Of a DNA stretch of 64,000 nucleotides, positions 27,247-36,390 are shown in pieces. Each line of letters starts with the position of its first letter. The stretch's first letter is position 1. A program made the position numbers and the translations under genes. The notes under the pieces were generated by a model that saw only the letters and a list, made by a program, of their open reading frames with translations, made no database searches and was not told where the DNA came from. The stretch spans positions 234,021-298,020 of the forward strand of contig JBFMAF010000035.1 of assembly GCA_040755995.1 (NCBI GenBank), written 5' to 3'. The DNA is from Acidobacteriota bacterium (GTDB taxonomy: Bacteria; Acidobacteriota; CAIWXX01).

Positions 27247-27460
27247 GATGTCATCCTTCCTGCGGCTCTTGGCTCCGCTTGCGACGCATTCCGTGGGCTT
27301 ATACCAGAAAGGCGTAATCGTTCACAAGGATCGCGCCGGGTTGGCCACCAATGACCACGCGCGCAGGCGGGTCGCAGGCGTGGCGGCGCGCGGCGTGCCC
27401 CCTCTCGCTGGCGCGCCGAGGTATCTTCTCCGGCGGCGTCGACTGGTGTAGCATGTCAGG

Positions 27461-27964
27461 GTGGTGAAGGGGAGCATCGGCATGGACGCGAGTAGATCGG
27501 TAAACCCGGTTCTCGAGAAATGGAACAGGCTGAGCAGGAGCGCCGTCGGGCGCTGGGTATTCAGCCGCGGCCTTGCGTTGTTCGTCCCCTACTCCGGGAC
27601 AATCGGACCACAGGTGCAGCGCCTTGAGCCGGGCCGGGCCGTGATCCGCATGCGAGACCGGCGGCGCGTCCGCAATCACTTGCGCTCAATCCACGCCGCC
27701 GCGCTGCTCAATCTGACCGAGCTCACTGGCGGGCTGCTCGCGACCGTCTCCATGCCGGCCGACGCGCGGATGATCATCACCGGTGTGTCGGTAGACTTCC
27801 TGAAAAAGGCCAGAGGGCTGCTCGAGGCGGAAGGCAGCTGCCCCGTGCCGCAGTCGAACGAGCGCGCCGAGATCGAAGTCCAGGTCGCGATCCGCGACAC
27901 CTCGTCCGAAGTCGTCGCACGCGGCACTGTCAGAGCCCTCGTCGGACCGGTCCCGGCCAAGTAG
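27461..27964 (+). CDS. Hotdog-fold thioesterase (PaaI/DUF4442-like)
   Basis: VPYSGTI, RNHLRSIHAAAL, VDFLKKARG; start may be ATG 27482. Confidence 0.85.
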   Translation: MVKGSIGMDASRSVNPVLEKWNRLSRSAVGRWVFSRGLALFVPYSGTIGPQVQRLEPGRAVIRMRDRRRVRNHLRSIHAAALLNLTELTGGLLATVSMPADARMIITGVSVDFLKKARGLLEAEGSCPVPQSNERAEIEVQVAIRDTSSEVVARGTVRALVGPVPAK

Positions 27965-28196
27965 CGCAAGGAGCGCGCGTTCCTCAGCGCTCGCCATAGG
28001 CGGGCCTGTCAACGCGTCACACACGGCCATCCGCCGCCGGCCAGCTCGACTGCTTCCACCGGGGGCATTCCCGGGGCTCCGGTACTCTGCTTTGTTTGCA
28101 TGATCTTCCTCCTTTCTCTCTCGTATCAGGAATGCGAAGAAGCTTGATGGGCCGAGGCTTGCCAGCGTCGTCAGCATCGGCCCATCGTTTCATCCA

Positions 28197-28829
28197 TTAG
28201 TGATGCTCGTGTGCCGGCGCGGGCTCTTCCGCGGCACCATGGTGTCCGGCCGGGCCGACGGCGTCGGCGTGGAGCCGCTCGACATAGTGCACAAACTGCA
28301 CGTACGCCTCAACGTACTCTCTTCCGGCCTCCACGTTGTGATCGGCGTGCTTTCGTTTTTCGGAAGCCAGGGCGAACCGGGCATCGATTCCATCAGTCAC
28401 GGCCTTCGACACAGCCTTGGCGAGGCTGTCAGCAGAACCGCTATCCAGCGCCCTGTCCGCCTCCGCCACCACCGGCTCCACGGCTCCCGCAGGTTTCAGC
28501 CCCGTAAAGGGCGCTCCTTCGCCTGCCCTGTGGATTCTCACGAGCGTCTCGAAGAAATACATATCTGCGAGCTCACGCGCCTCGGGCCCTTTGGCTCTCA
28601 CGGCCAGGGTTTTCTGGAACGCCTCGCGTATCTGCCCCTCGTCTTCCTTGCGCACCCACTTGAGCGTTGCCGTGACGTCGCCCTTCTCGAGCGCTGCCTT
28701 GGCATCCTTGACGACCGGCCCGTCCAGCGTGTCGCAGTGTGCCCACACTGAGAGCGGGGTGAAAAGCGCGATCCCGCCTGCCAGCAAGACAGGCAGCACC
28801 CATCCGAATCTGACCAGTTTCAGGTTCAT
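28197..28829 (-). CDS. DUF6448-like exported protein
   Basis: GAGGAGG RBS; signal peptide then HCDTLDGPVV; FFETLVRIHRAGEGAPFTGLKP; His-rich C-terminus. Confidence 0.78.
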   Translation of the reverse strand: MNLKLVRFGWVLPVLLAGGIALFTPLSVWAHCDTLDGPVVKDAKAALEKGDVTATLKWVRKEDEGQIREAFQKTLAVRAKGPEARELADMYFFETLVRIHRAGEGAPFTGLKPAGAVEPVVAEADRALDSGSADSLAKAVSKAVTDGIDARFALASEKRKHADHNVEAGREYVEAYVQFVHYVERLHADAVGPAGHHGAAEEPAPAHEHH

Positions 28830-28903
28830 GTTCTTCCTCCTCTATTGAACCCATCTGGAGTCCGCTTATCCTGGACTCCCCTTGAACAACGAAAGATCTC
28901 TCT

Positions 28904-30319
28904 CTACCGGTCGACGCCTGACTTCAGGTCTCCGGTTGCCTTTTGAAATGTCACCTTGGCGACACGACAGGTGTAGTGTGCTTCAACCATTATCGCATCG
29001 GCCTTCGCGAAGGCCGCCTCGCTGTCGAGCAGATCGGTCAGCGTTCCAGCCCCCACGGCGTATCGTTCACGGGAAAGACGTGCACTCTCCGCCGCGTCCT
29101 CACGCAGGCTCCTGGTTGCCTCGACTGCCTGATATGCCTCCTTGAGTCTTGAATACGCCGACGTAACCTGTTGCTGCACCGCCAGCACCAGCGCTCGCGT
29201 TTCATCCTCTGCCTTCCTGAGCTCCGCTCGCGCCGCTGCCGTCTGGTGCCTGGACAGGTACCCGTTGAAGACCGGCACCTCCACCGCTATGCCCACTGAC
29301 CAGTCCTTGTCCTCAGGCACGAAATCCGCGTCGCGCCAGCCGAATCGGGCGGAGGCCTTCACCTTTGGCAAGAAGGAGCTGCGGGCCAAGTCGACTGCGC
29401 TCTGGTTGAGTGCAATCCGGTCAAGTGCGGCTTTCAGCTCGGGCCTGCTATGCAGCGCGATGTCGAATGCGCTCGTGAGGTCTTTCATCCCGGGCGGGTC
29501 GATCTCCGCGTCAGGTGCTGCCAGATCCAGAGCCGTATCAGCCGGGAGGCCGATTGCGGCGTCGAGGTCCGCCTGGGCCACTCGCACCGCACCCTCCGCT
29601 CGCACGACGGCCAGCTTCGCATCGGCGACCTCGGTACGGGCTCGCACAACATCGACCAGCGGCACTGCTCCAGCAGCCTTCTTCTCCTCCGCCAGCCGCA
29701 AGTGATCCTCGGCGCGGCCGAGACTGCTCTTTGCGACTGACAGACTGTCCTGAGCGGCCAGCAGCGCATAGTACGCGCGGTGAACGCGGTAGATGACGTC
29801 CTGTCTGGTCAGTGCAACGTCTTCCCCCGCCACGGCCTGCTTCGCCCGCGCTCCTCGCTCTTCCGCCCGCCGCTGGCCGCTGTCGAAAACAGTATACCTG
29901 AGGTTCAACCCCAGGCCCCAATCGTCGGTCGGCCCGATGATGTCCGTAGGCAACGAAGTAGAGAGCCCGGCCGGCAGAAACGCATGACTTTCCCACCGGC
30001 GGTATTGGGCATCGAGACTCACCGTTGGATATCGTGCCGCGCGTGCTGCGCCCACGGCCTCAGTGGCGGAGATCAACCCTTCGCGTGCCGCGCGCTGAAC
30101 CGGATTCTGGTCCAGCGCAATCCTGACTGCTGCCTCCAGACTAAGCGGTTGTGACGTGGACTCTGGAGAAGCCACGTGACTGATCTCCGCTGCTCGGGGC
30201 AAGTAGGCTTCAATGGCCGGGCGATCGAGCTGGGCCGCCGGCAGCAAGCCGGACGCGGACAGCAGCACCACCATGCCGCTGATTACAAATCCTATCGTGA
30301 ACCTCATTAGATCGCTCAT
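28904..30319 (-). CDS. TolC-family outer-membrane efflux protein
   Basis: LSLEAAVRIALDQNP, RPELKA, FLPKV, RYAVGAGTLTDLLD. Confidence 0.9.
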   Translation of the reverse strand: MSDLMRFTIGFVISGMVVLLSASGLLPAAQLDRPAIEAYLPRAAEISHVASPESTSQPLSLEAAVRIALDQNPVQRAAREGLISATEAVGAARAARYPTVSLDAQYRRWESHAFLPAGLSTSLPTDIIGPTDDWGLGLNLRYTVFDSGQRRAEERGARAKQAVAGEDVALTRQDVIYRVHRAYYALLAAQDSLSVAKSSLGRAEDHLRLAEEKKAAGAVPLVDVVRARTEVADAKLAVVRAEGAVRVAQADLDAAIGLPADTALDLAAPDAEIDPPGMKDLTSAFDIALHSRPELKAALDRIALNQSAVDLARSSFLPKVKASARFGWRDADFVPEDKDWSVGIAVEVPVFNGYLSRHQTAAARAELRKAEDETRALVLAVQQQVTSAYSRLKEAYQAVEATRSLREDAAESARLSRERYAVGAGTLTDLLDSEAAFAKADAIMVEAHYTCRVAKVTFQKATGDLKSGVDR

Positions 30320-30331
30320 GGTTGCTACTCC

Positions 30332-31462
30332 TTACGCGAGGGTCTTCTTGAAGCGAGTGATGGCGAGTACAAGCATCACGCTCCCGAGGATCGCTAGTGC
30401 CGCCATCTGGGTCCACAGAACCGAGGGGCCCACGCCCTTCAAGAAGATGCCCCGGATGATGACGAGGAAATACCGCAGCGGGTTGATCAGCGTCAGCCAC
30501 TGCACAACCTGCGGCATGTTCGAGATGGGGAACATGAAACCGGAAAGCAGCACGGCTGGAAAGTAATAGAAGAAGGTGCTCATCATGGCCTGCTGCTGCG
30601 TCCTGCTCACGGTCGAGATCAGGAGACCCGCCCCCAGGGTGCTCATGAGGTACAGGCCGGTGGCAGCGAGCAGCAGCCACAGGCTGCCTCGCAACGGGAC
30701 TTGGAACCAGTAGAGCGCGATGACGGTGATGAGAACGACGTCCAGAAACCCGATGATGGCAAATGGCAAGGTCTTGCCCAGGATGAACTCGGTTTTGGTG
30801 ATCGGCGTGACGATGATCTGCTCGATCGTTCCGACTTCCTTCTCACGGACCACGGCCATGCTTGAGAGCAGCAGCGTCACCAGCATGACGAGCAGGGCGA
30901 TGACGCCGGGCACATAGAAGTACCGGCTCTCGAGGTTTTCGTTGAACCATGCGCGAGTCGCGAGATCGATCCGGCCGGATGCCGGCACGGCGCCTGTGGA
31001 ACGCTGGAGGCGCTCCAGCAACACCTGCTCGCTGTACTGCCCGACGATCGTTGTGGCGTACTTGAGGACGATTCCTGCGGTATTGGAATCCGAGCCGTCC
31101 AGGATGATTTGCATTGGTGCGGTCCGCCCCTTCGCCAGGGTCTCACCGAAGCCCCGGTTGACGCGCATGACGGCCTTCACCTTCCCGCGATCGATCAATT
31201 CCTGCGCGCGGCCGTCGCTATCGACGTACTCGGCGATCATGAAGTATCCGCTGCCGCCAAAACGCCGTGCGATCTCGCGGCTCGCAGGGCTGTTGTCCAG
31301 GTCGTAGACGGCGGTCGGAATCCTCGTGACGTCGGTGGTCACGGCATATCCGAATACGAGAGCCTGGATGATCGGCATCATGATGATCACCGCCTTCATC
31401 CGTGGATCGCGCAAGACATGGATGAATTCCTTGATGAGCATGTGCTTGAATCGCTCGAACAT
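30332..31462 (-). CDS. ABC-2 permease (YbhR-like)
   Basis: KEFIHVLRD, REKEVGTIEQ, LLSGFMFP, NPLRYF. Confidence 0.92.
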   Translation of the reverse strand: MFERFKHMLIKEFIHVLRDPRMKAVIIMMPIIQALVFGYAVTTDVTRIPTAVYDLDNSPASREIARRFGGSGYFMIAEYVDSDGRAQELIDRGKVKAVMRVNRGFGETLAKGRTAPMQIILDGSDSNTAGIVLKYATTIVGQYSEQVLLERLQRSTGAVPASGRIDLATRAWFNENLESRYFYVPGVIALLVMLVTLLLSSMAVVREKEVGTIEQIIVTPITKTEFILGKTLPFAIIGFLDVVLITVIALYWFQVPLRGSLWLLLAATGLYLMSTLGAGLLISTVSRTQQQAMMSTFFYYFPAVLLSGFMFPISNMPQVVQWLTLINPLRYFLVIIRGIFLKGVGPSVLWTQMAALAILGSVMLVLAITRFKKTLA

Positions 31463-31480
31463 AGCTGGCGCCCATTCCTT

Positions 31481-32617
31481 TCAGGCCTCGAGTTTCTTCC
31501 TGAACTTGAGGTTGGCGAGGAGGACCACGGCGGTTCCGAAGACTGCCAGCAGCGCCGCCTCCATGCCGAGCACAGCGGGTCCGACTCCCTTGAGATAGAT
31601 CCCCTTGAGAATCCCAACGAAGTAGCGGGCGGGGACCACGTACGTGATGACTTGCACGGCACGAGGCATGTTCCCGATGTCGTACATGAAACCCGACAGG
31701 AGGAACGATGGGAGGAAGGTCAGGACCATGGCAAGCTGTGTCGCCACGAGCTGGCTCTTGGTGACGATGCTGATCAACATGCCGAGCGAAAGCGCGCCGA
31801 CCAGGAACACGGCTGCGGTGACGAAGAGAATTGCGACGTTGCCACGCAGAGGCACACGGAACAGGTACTCGCCCAGAAGAACCGACAGGAGCACGTCGAT
31901 CATCCCGATCGCGAAGTAAGGCATGAGCTTGCCGGCGATGAGCTCCGGCCCTCTGACCGGGGTCGAGATGAGCTGCTCCATTGTGCCTGACTCCCACTCG
32001 CGCGCCACCGTCAGCGACGTCATCAACGCCGCGATGACCATCATGATGACAGCGATGAGCCCGGGCACGATGTAGTTGCGGCTCTCCATGTCGGGGTTGA
32101 ACCAGACTCGTGGGCGCAGGTCGACGGGCAACTGCTGTGTGCTTCCGGCCGTGCGGCTCGCTTTCTGGAGCGCAATCTGGAGCGAGTACGTGCGCGTGAT
32201 GGCCTCGGCATACCCGATGGCTATCTGTGCGGTGTTGGCGTCGCTTCCGTCGACGATCGCCTGCACCGTCGCGGGCCGCCCTGCCTCTATGCGGCCGGCG
32301 AGATCCACGGGTAAGACGATAGCCATCAACGCGGTCCCGTCATCGATAGATCGCTCGATCTCTCCGTACGAGCCCAGACTGCGCTTCAACGAGAAGTAGG
32401 GTGAGGCCGCGAACCGGCGGATGAGCTCGCGGCTCAGCGGCGTGTTGCTCTGATCCCACACGACAAGCGGGACGTTGTCCACGTCGAGAGTCAGCGCATA
32501 GCCGAAGAGGAGCAGGAGCAGCAGCGGAATGGCGATGCCCATGCCGAGGCTGCGTGGATCGCGGATGATATGTATGCTCTCTTTGCGCGCGATTGCCCAG
32601 AGCCGTCTGAAGCTCAT
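31481..32617 (-). CDS. ABC-2 permease (YbhS-like)
   Basis: Start MSFRRL overlaps the upstream stop (ATGA); KESIHIIRD; REWESGTMEQL. Confidence 0.92.
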   Translation of the reverse strand: MSFRRLWAIARKESIHIIRDPRSLGMGIAIPLLLLLLFGYALTLDVDNVPLVVWDQSNTPLSRELIRRFAASPYFSLKRSLGSYGEIERSIDDGTALMAIVLPVDLAGRIEAGRPATVQAIVDGSDANTAQIAIGYAEAITRTYSLQIALQKASRTAGSTQQLPVDLRPRVWFNPDMESRNYIVPGLIAVIMMVIAALMTSLTVAREWESGTMEQLISTPVRGPELIAGKLMPYFAIGMIDVLLSVLLGEYLFRVPLRGNVAILFVTAAVFLVGALSLGMLISIVTKSQLVATQLAMVLTFLPSFLLSGFMYDIGNMPRAVQVITYVVPARYFVGILKGIYLKGVGPAVLGMEAALLAVFGTAVVLLANLKFRKKLEA

Positions 32618-33585
32618 TTTTTCACCTCCGCAAGGGGACGCTTTTCTCGATCCCGCCCTTCGATCAACGAGACGAAAACGTCCTCGAGCGACGGAACAAC
32701 TTTGGTCATCCTCGACACCGCAAGACCGTGCTCGGCCAGCGCAAGTGGTATCGCCCGCCGGACCTGGTCGGCGTTCTCTGTCACCACATGGAGGCCGTGT
32801 CCGAAGAGCGCTGCCTCGCGCACTCCCTCCAGCTTCTCCACGTATGCCATGGCCTCTTGCGGGCGTTCGCAACGGATTTCGATGACATCTTCCTTCATGT
32901 GGGCGATCTTGAGATCTCTCGGCGTTCCCAATGCGATCAGCTCCCCGCGGTAGATCAGACCCAGACGGTCGCAGTATTCGGCCTCTTCCATGTAGTGAGT
33001 CGTGACGAAGATCGTAGTCCCGCGCTTCGCGAGGGCGTATATCAGATCCCAGAAGGCCCGGCGGCTGATCGGGTCGACACCGGACGTGGGCTCGTCCAGG
33101 AAGATGACCGGAGGCTCGTGCAGGATAGCACAGCCCAGAGACAGCCGCTGCTTCCAGCCGCCCGAAAGGATCCCGGTCCGCGTCTTGCGGTGCTCCTTGA
33201 GCCCCGCCATCTCGAGCACCCACTCCTTCCGCTCCACTTTCTTCGCGCGTGGGATTCGGTAGATCCCGCTGTAGAAATCGATGTTCTCCTCGACAGTGAG
33301 ATCTTCATAGAGGGAGAACTTCTGGCTCATGTACCCGATGCTGGATTTGATTTTCTCGGGCTCGGTCAGGAGGTCGAAGCCTGCGACCGTCCCTTTGCCA
33401 GAAGTAGGAAGCAATATGCCGCTGAGCATGCGGATCGTCGTGGATTTGCCGGCTCCGTTAGGCCCGAGGAATCCGAAGATCTCCCCCTTCTTGACATCCA
33501 GGCTGACGCGGTTGACGGCGACGAAACTGCCGAACCGCTTCTCGATGTTTTCCACCGTCACCGCCGATTCACGGCCGTTGTTCAT
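32614..33585 (-). CDS. ABC transporter ATP-binding protein
   Basis: GPNGAGKST, LSGGWKQR, LDEPTSG, TTHYM. Confidence 0.95.
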   Translation of the reverse strand: MNNGRESAVTVENIEKRFGSFVAVNRVSLDVKKGEIFGFLGPNGAGKSTTIRMLSGILLPTSGKGTVAGFDLLTEPEKIKSSIGYMSQKFSLYEDLTVEENIDFYSGIYRIPRAKKVERKEWVLEMAGLKEHRKTRTGILSGGWKQRLSLGCAILHEPPVIFLDEPTSGVDPISRRAFWDLIYALAKRGTTIFVTTHYMEEAEYCDRLGLIYRGELIALGTPRDLKIAHMKEDVIEIRCERPQEAMAYVEKLEGVREAALFGHGLHVVTENADQVRRAIPLALAEHGLAVSRMTKVVPSLEDVFVSLIEGRDREKRPLAEVKK

Positions 33586-34510
33586 GTTGAGACTCCGTAC
33601 TGCTCAGCACCGAGACGAACACGTCTTCCAGCGAGGGCTCGACAACCTGGGCATCCTCCACATCAAGCCCCGATTCGCCCAGACGCGCCTTGACGGCCTG
33701 GATGGTGTCGTGGGGAGAGATACTGAGCACATGGATCCGATCCCCGAAGAGACTTACAGACTGCGAAGGTAGCAGATCGCGGAGCACTTCGACGGCCTCG
33801 CGTGCGTTTGACGAACGGACTTCGATCAGACTGCCGCGCATCATCCGCTTGACGCGATCGGGAGTGTCAACGGCGAGCAGTCTGCCTTTGTGCATGAGCC
33901 CTACGCGGGCGCAACGTTCGGCCTCGTCCAGGTAGGCCGTCGACACGAAGATCGTCACGCCCTCCTGCAGAAGCTGATACAGGATCCTCCAGAAGTCGCG
34001 GCGAGAGACCGGATCGACCCCGTTTGTCGGCTCATCCAGCAAGAGCACCTTCGGCGTGTGGATCAGGGCGCAGGCAAGACCGAGCTTCTGCTTCATGCCG
34101 CCGGAGAGATTGCCGGCCAGACGGCGCTTGAATGGAGCGAGGTTGCTGAAAGAAAGAAGCCGTTCGATCTTATCCTCACGTCCTGCACGCGCAACGCCGT
34201 AGATGTCCGCGTAGAAGTTGACGTTCTCAATCACCGTCAGGTCGGGATACAGGCCGAACCGCTGGCTCATGTAGCCAATCTCCGTCTTGATGGTCTCGGC
34301 GTCCTTCACTATGTGCTTGCCCATCACAAACGCCTCGCCCTCGGTCGGATCCAGGATGGCCGCGAGCATGCGCATGGTCGTGCTCTTTCCGGCTCCGTCC
34401 GGCCCAACCAGCCCGAAGATCTCGCCCTGGCCTATCTCGAGCGAGAGCCTATCTACCGCGCGCAGTTCGCCGAACCGCTTGCCGAGGCCGTTGGTCTTGA
34501 TGGCAGCCAT
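33569..34510 (-). CDS. ABC transporter ATP-binding protein
   Basis: GPDGAGKST, LSGGMKQK, LDEPTNG, STAYL; resembles the N-half of YbhF. Confidence 0.95.
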   Translation of the reverse strand: MAAIKTNGLGKRFGELRAVDRLSLEIGQGEIFGLVGPDGAGKSTTMRMLAAILDPTEGEAFVMGKHIVKDAETIKTEIGYMSQRFGLYPDLTVIENVNFYADIYGVARAGREDKIERLLSFSNLAPFKRRLAGNLSGGMKQKLGLACALIHTPKVLLLDEPTNGVDPVSRRDFWRILYQLLQEGVTIFVSTAYLDEAERCARVGLMHKGRLLAVDTPDRVKRMMRGSLIEVRSSNAREAVEVLRDLLPSQSVSLFGDRIHVLSISPHDTIQAVKARLGESGLDVEDAQVVEPSLEDVFVSVLSSTESQHEQRP

Positions 34511-34517
34511 GGCGTCT

Positions 34518-35504
34518 TCAGTTCGCCGTCTGGATCTCAGCATCGGCGGGCATTCCAGGCTTCAGCTCCTGGTCCGGATTCGGAATGTCGATCTTGATTC
34601 GATAGACGAGTTTCACGCGCTCTTTCTCGGTCTGCACATTCTTCGGAGTGAACTCAGCCTGCGAGGCAATGAAGGTGATTCGCCCTTGGTAGCGCTTCTC
34701 CGGGTAGCTATCGGTACTGACTTCCACGCGTTGCCCGAGCTTGACCCGTCCAAGATCGGTCTCGTTGATGTATGCGCTGAGCCAGACGCCGGCCACGTCT
34801 CCGACGGTGACCACAGGGGTGCCGGGTGCGACGTATTCTCCAGGTTCAACGTTGTCGGACAGGACGACCCCGGTGATCGGCGACGCGAGCTCTGCGTAGC
34901 CGAGGCGTGTCTCGGCGATGGCGAGTGACTCGCGGGCCAGTTGGAGGCCCGCACGCGCCTGCTCGATCCGCTCCGCACGAGGGCCGTTCCGTAATAGCTT
35001 GAGCCTCTCGTCGACCTCACGCACGCGGGCGTTGGCAGCCTCGTATGCTGCGCTGCTGGCCTCCAGCTCGCGGCTCGATATGATTTCCTTTTCGAACAAG
35101 GCCCGCTGGCGAGGAAGCTCAACTCTCCACCGCTCCGCTTCGGCCCGCGCACGATCGACGGCGGCCGTCGCCTCGGCGATCTCCTCTGGACGGAAGCCCG
35201 CCTCGAGCTCCGCCAGTGCTGCCTGAGCGGCCATGATGGCGGCGCGCCGCGCAGCGACCTCCTTCATCAGCTCGGATGCGTCGAGCCTGGCCACGGTCTG
35301 GCCTAGTCTGACCGGCTCCCCCTCGGAAACCGCACGTTCGATGACTCTGCCTGGCAGCTGGAAGCTCAAGTCCAGCTCGGTCACTTCGATGTTTCCCGAT
35401 AGCTTCAGTGTGTTCACGGTCTCGCCTGCGTCGCCCGAGACAAAATAGAAGCCGCCAACGGCTCCAACCGCGACAACAGCGATGGCAATCACAAGTTTCT
35501 TCAT
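34518..35504 (-). CDS. HlyD-family membrane-fusion protein (YbhG-like)
   Basis: SGNIE, coiled coil, SPITGVV, AEFTPKNVQT, LKPGMPAD. Confidence 0.92.
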   Translation of the reverse strand: MKKLVIAIAVVAVGAVGGFYFVSGDAGETVNTLKLSGNIEVTELDLSFQLPGRVIERAVSEGEPVRLGQTVARLDASELMKEVAARRAAIMAAQAALAELEAGFRPEEIAEATAAVDRARAEAERWRVELPRQRALFEKEIISSRELEASSAAYEAANARVREVDERLKLLRNGPRAERIEQARAGLQLARESLAIAETRLGYAELASPITGVVLSDNVEPGEYVAPGTPVVTVGDVAGVWLSAYINETDLGRVKLGQRVEVSTDSYPEKRYQGRITFIASQAEFTPKNVQTEKERVKLVYRIKIDIPNPDQELKPGMPADAEIQTAN

Positions 35505-35526
35505 GCTCCTACCTCCTGGGCGCGAC

Positions 35527-36189
35527 TCAGACCGGTGAGACCGGTCCTGGTCCGTCCGCCGCCTTGCACATGAGGCCGTTCAGAACCAAATCGGCCAGTT
35601 GTGTACCGATGTCCGAAGGTGACTCGGCGGTAGCTTCTGGCAGCGATTCGATCTTCGCCAGCCGCGGCCTGATCGGAGCGCTCGCCAACAGGAACAGGAT
35701 GCTCCCGGCGATCATGAAGTGCGTCAACAGCGGATTGACATCGCGGAATATCCCCTGTTCCTGGCCCTCCACAAGCACCGTTCGAATGGTCGAGAAAACG
35801 CCTGCCATGCCTCTGAGAGCGCTCTCGGGCAGGTTCGCGCCGCCCGACGCGATTTCTCGCAGCATGATCTGCGGCAGGTGCCGGGATTGCCCGACTGCCT
35901 GGGCAACTGCCAATACCACCGCCCGGAATTTGTCCTCAGGCGTGTTGGCTGCCTGCAGGTTAGCAGATATGCCTTCGTTCGCCCGCTTCAGCGTGTCGAG
36001 TACCACTTCGCCGTAGAGCTCCGCCTTGTCACCGATGTGATAGTAGAGCATCGCCTTGTTGACGCCGGCCCGCTCGGCGATCTGATCTACTCGCGCTCCA
36101 TCATAGCCTTCGGATGCGAATATCTCCGCCGCGGCTTTCAGAATCCGTTCGGTGGTCCCGCCCGTTTGCTTCCTCTCGGCATCTTCCAT
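35527..36189 (-). CDS. TetR-family regulator heading the efflux operon
   Basis: ILKAAAEIFASEGYDGARVDQIAERAGVNKAMLYYH. Confidence 0.93.
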   Translation of the reverse strand: MEDAERKQTGGTTERILKAAAEIFASEGYDGARVDQIAERAGVNKAMLYYHIGDKAELYGEVVLDTLKRANEGISANLQAANTPEDKFRAVVLAVAQAVGQSRHLPQIMLREIASGGANLPESALRGMAGVFSTIRTVLVEGQEQGIFRDVNPLLTHFMIAGSILFLLASAPIRPRLAKIESLPEATAESPSDIGTQLADLVLNGLMCKAADGPGPVSPV

Positions 36190-36203
36190 CTCGCCTCCTC
36201 AAC

Positions 36204-36259
36204 TAGCCGTTTGGTTTAACCATTTAGTTAAATATAAGACAGCGATCCCGATTTGTCAA
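36204..36259 (-). promoter_or_regulatory. Sigma-70 promoter with an overlapping TetR-type operator
   Basis: TTGACA (36259-36254)-N17-TATATT (36236-36231); palindrome TTTAAC-N6-GTTAAA at 36215-36232 and a degenerate second copy at 36204-36217. Confidence 0.75.
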
Positions 36260-36390
36260 GTCCCAGCAGGGCTGGTTGGCTTCGGACAATCGTCCGACAC
36301 CTTTGTTTTCAGTACGTTGTGGAATTCCCGAGGATCATGCAGTTCGGCCGCTGGATCAGGCGAGGAGACGCCTCAGGCGGGATTGGCGCG

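Noticed and set aside
28197..28829. Nickel superoxide dismutase call
   Set aside because: HCDTLDG lacks the PCGxY of the nickel hook.
31481..33223. 580-aa permease ORF as listed
   Set aside because: The first ~200 aa overlap the ABC ATPase; the real start is ATG 32617.
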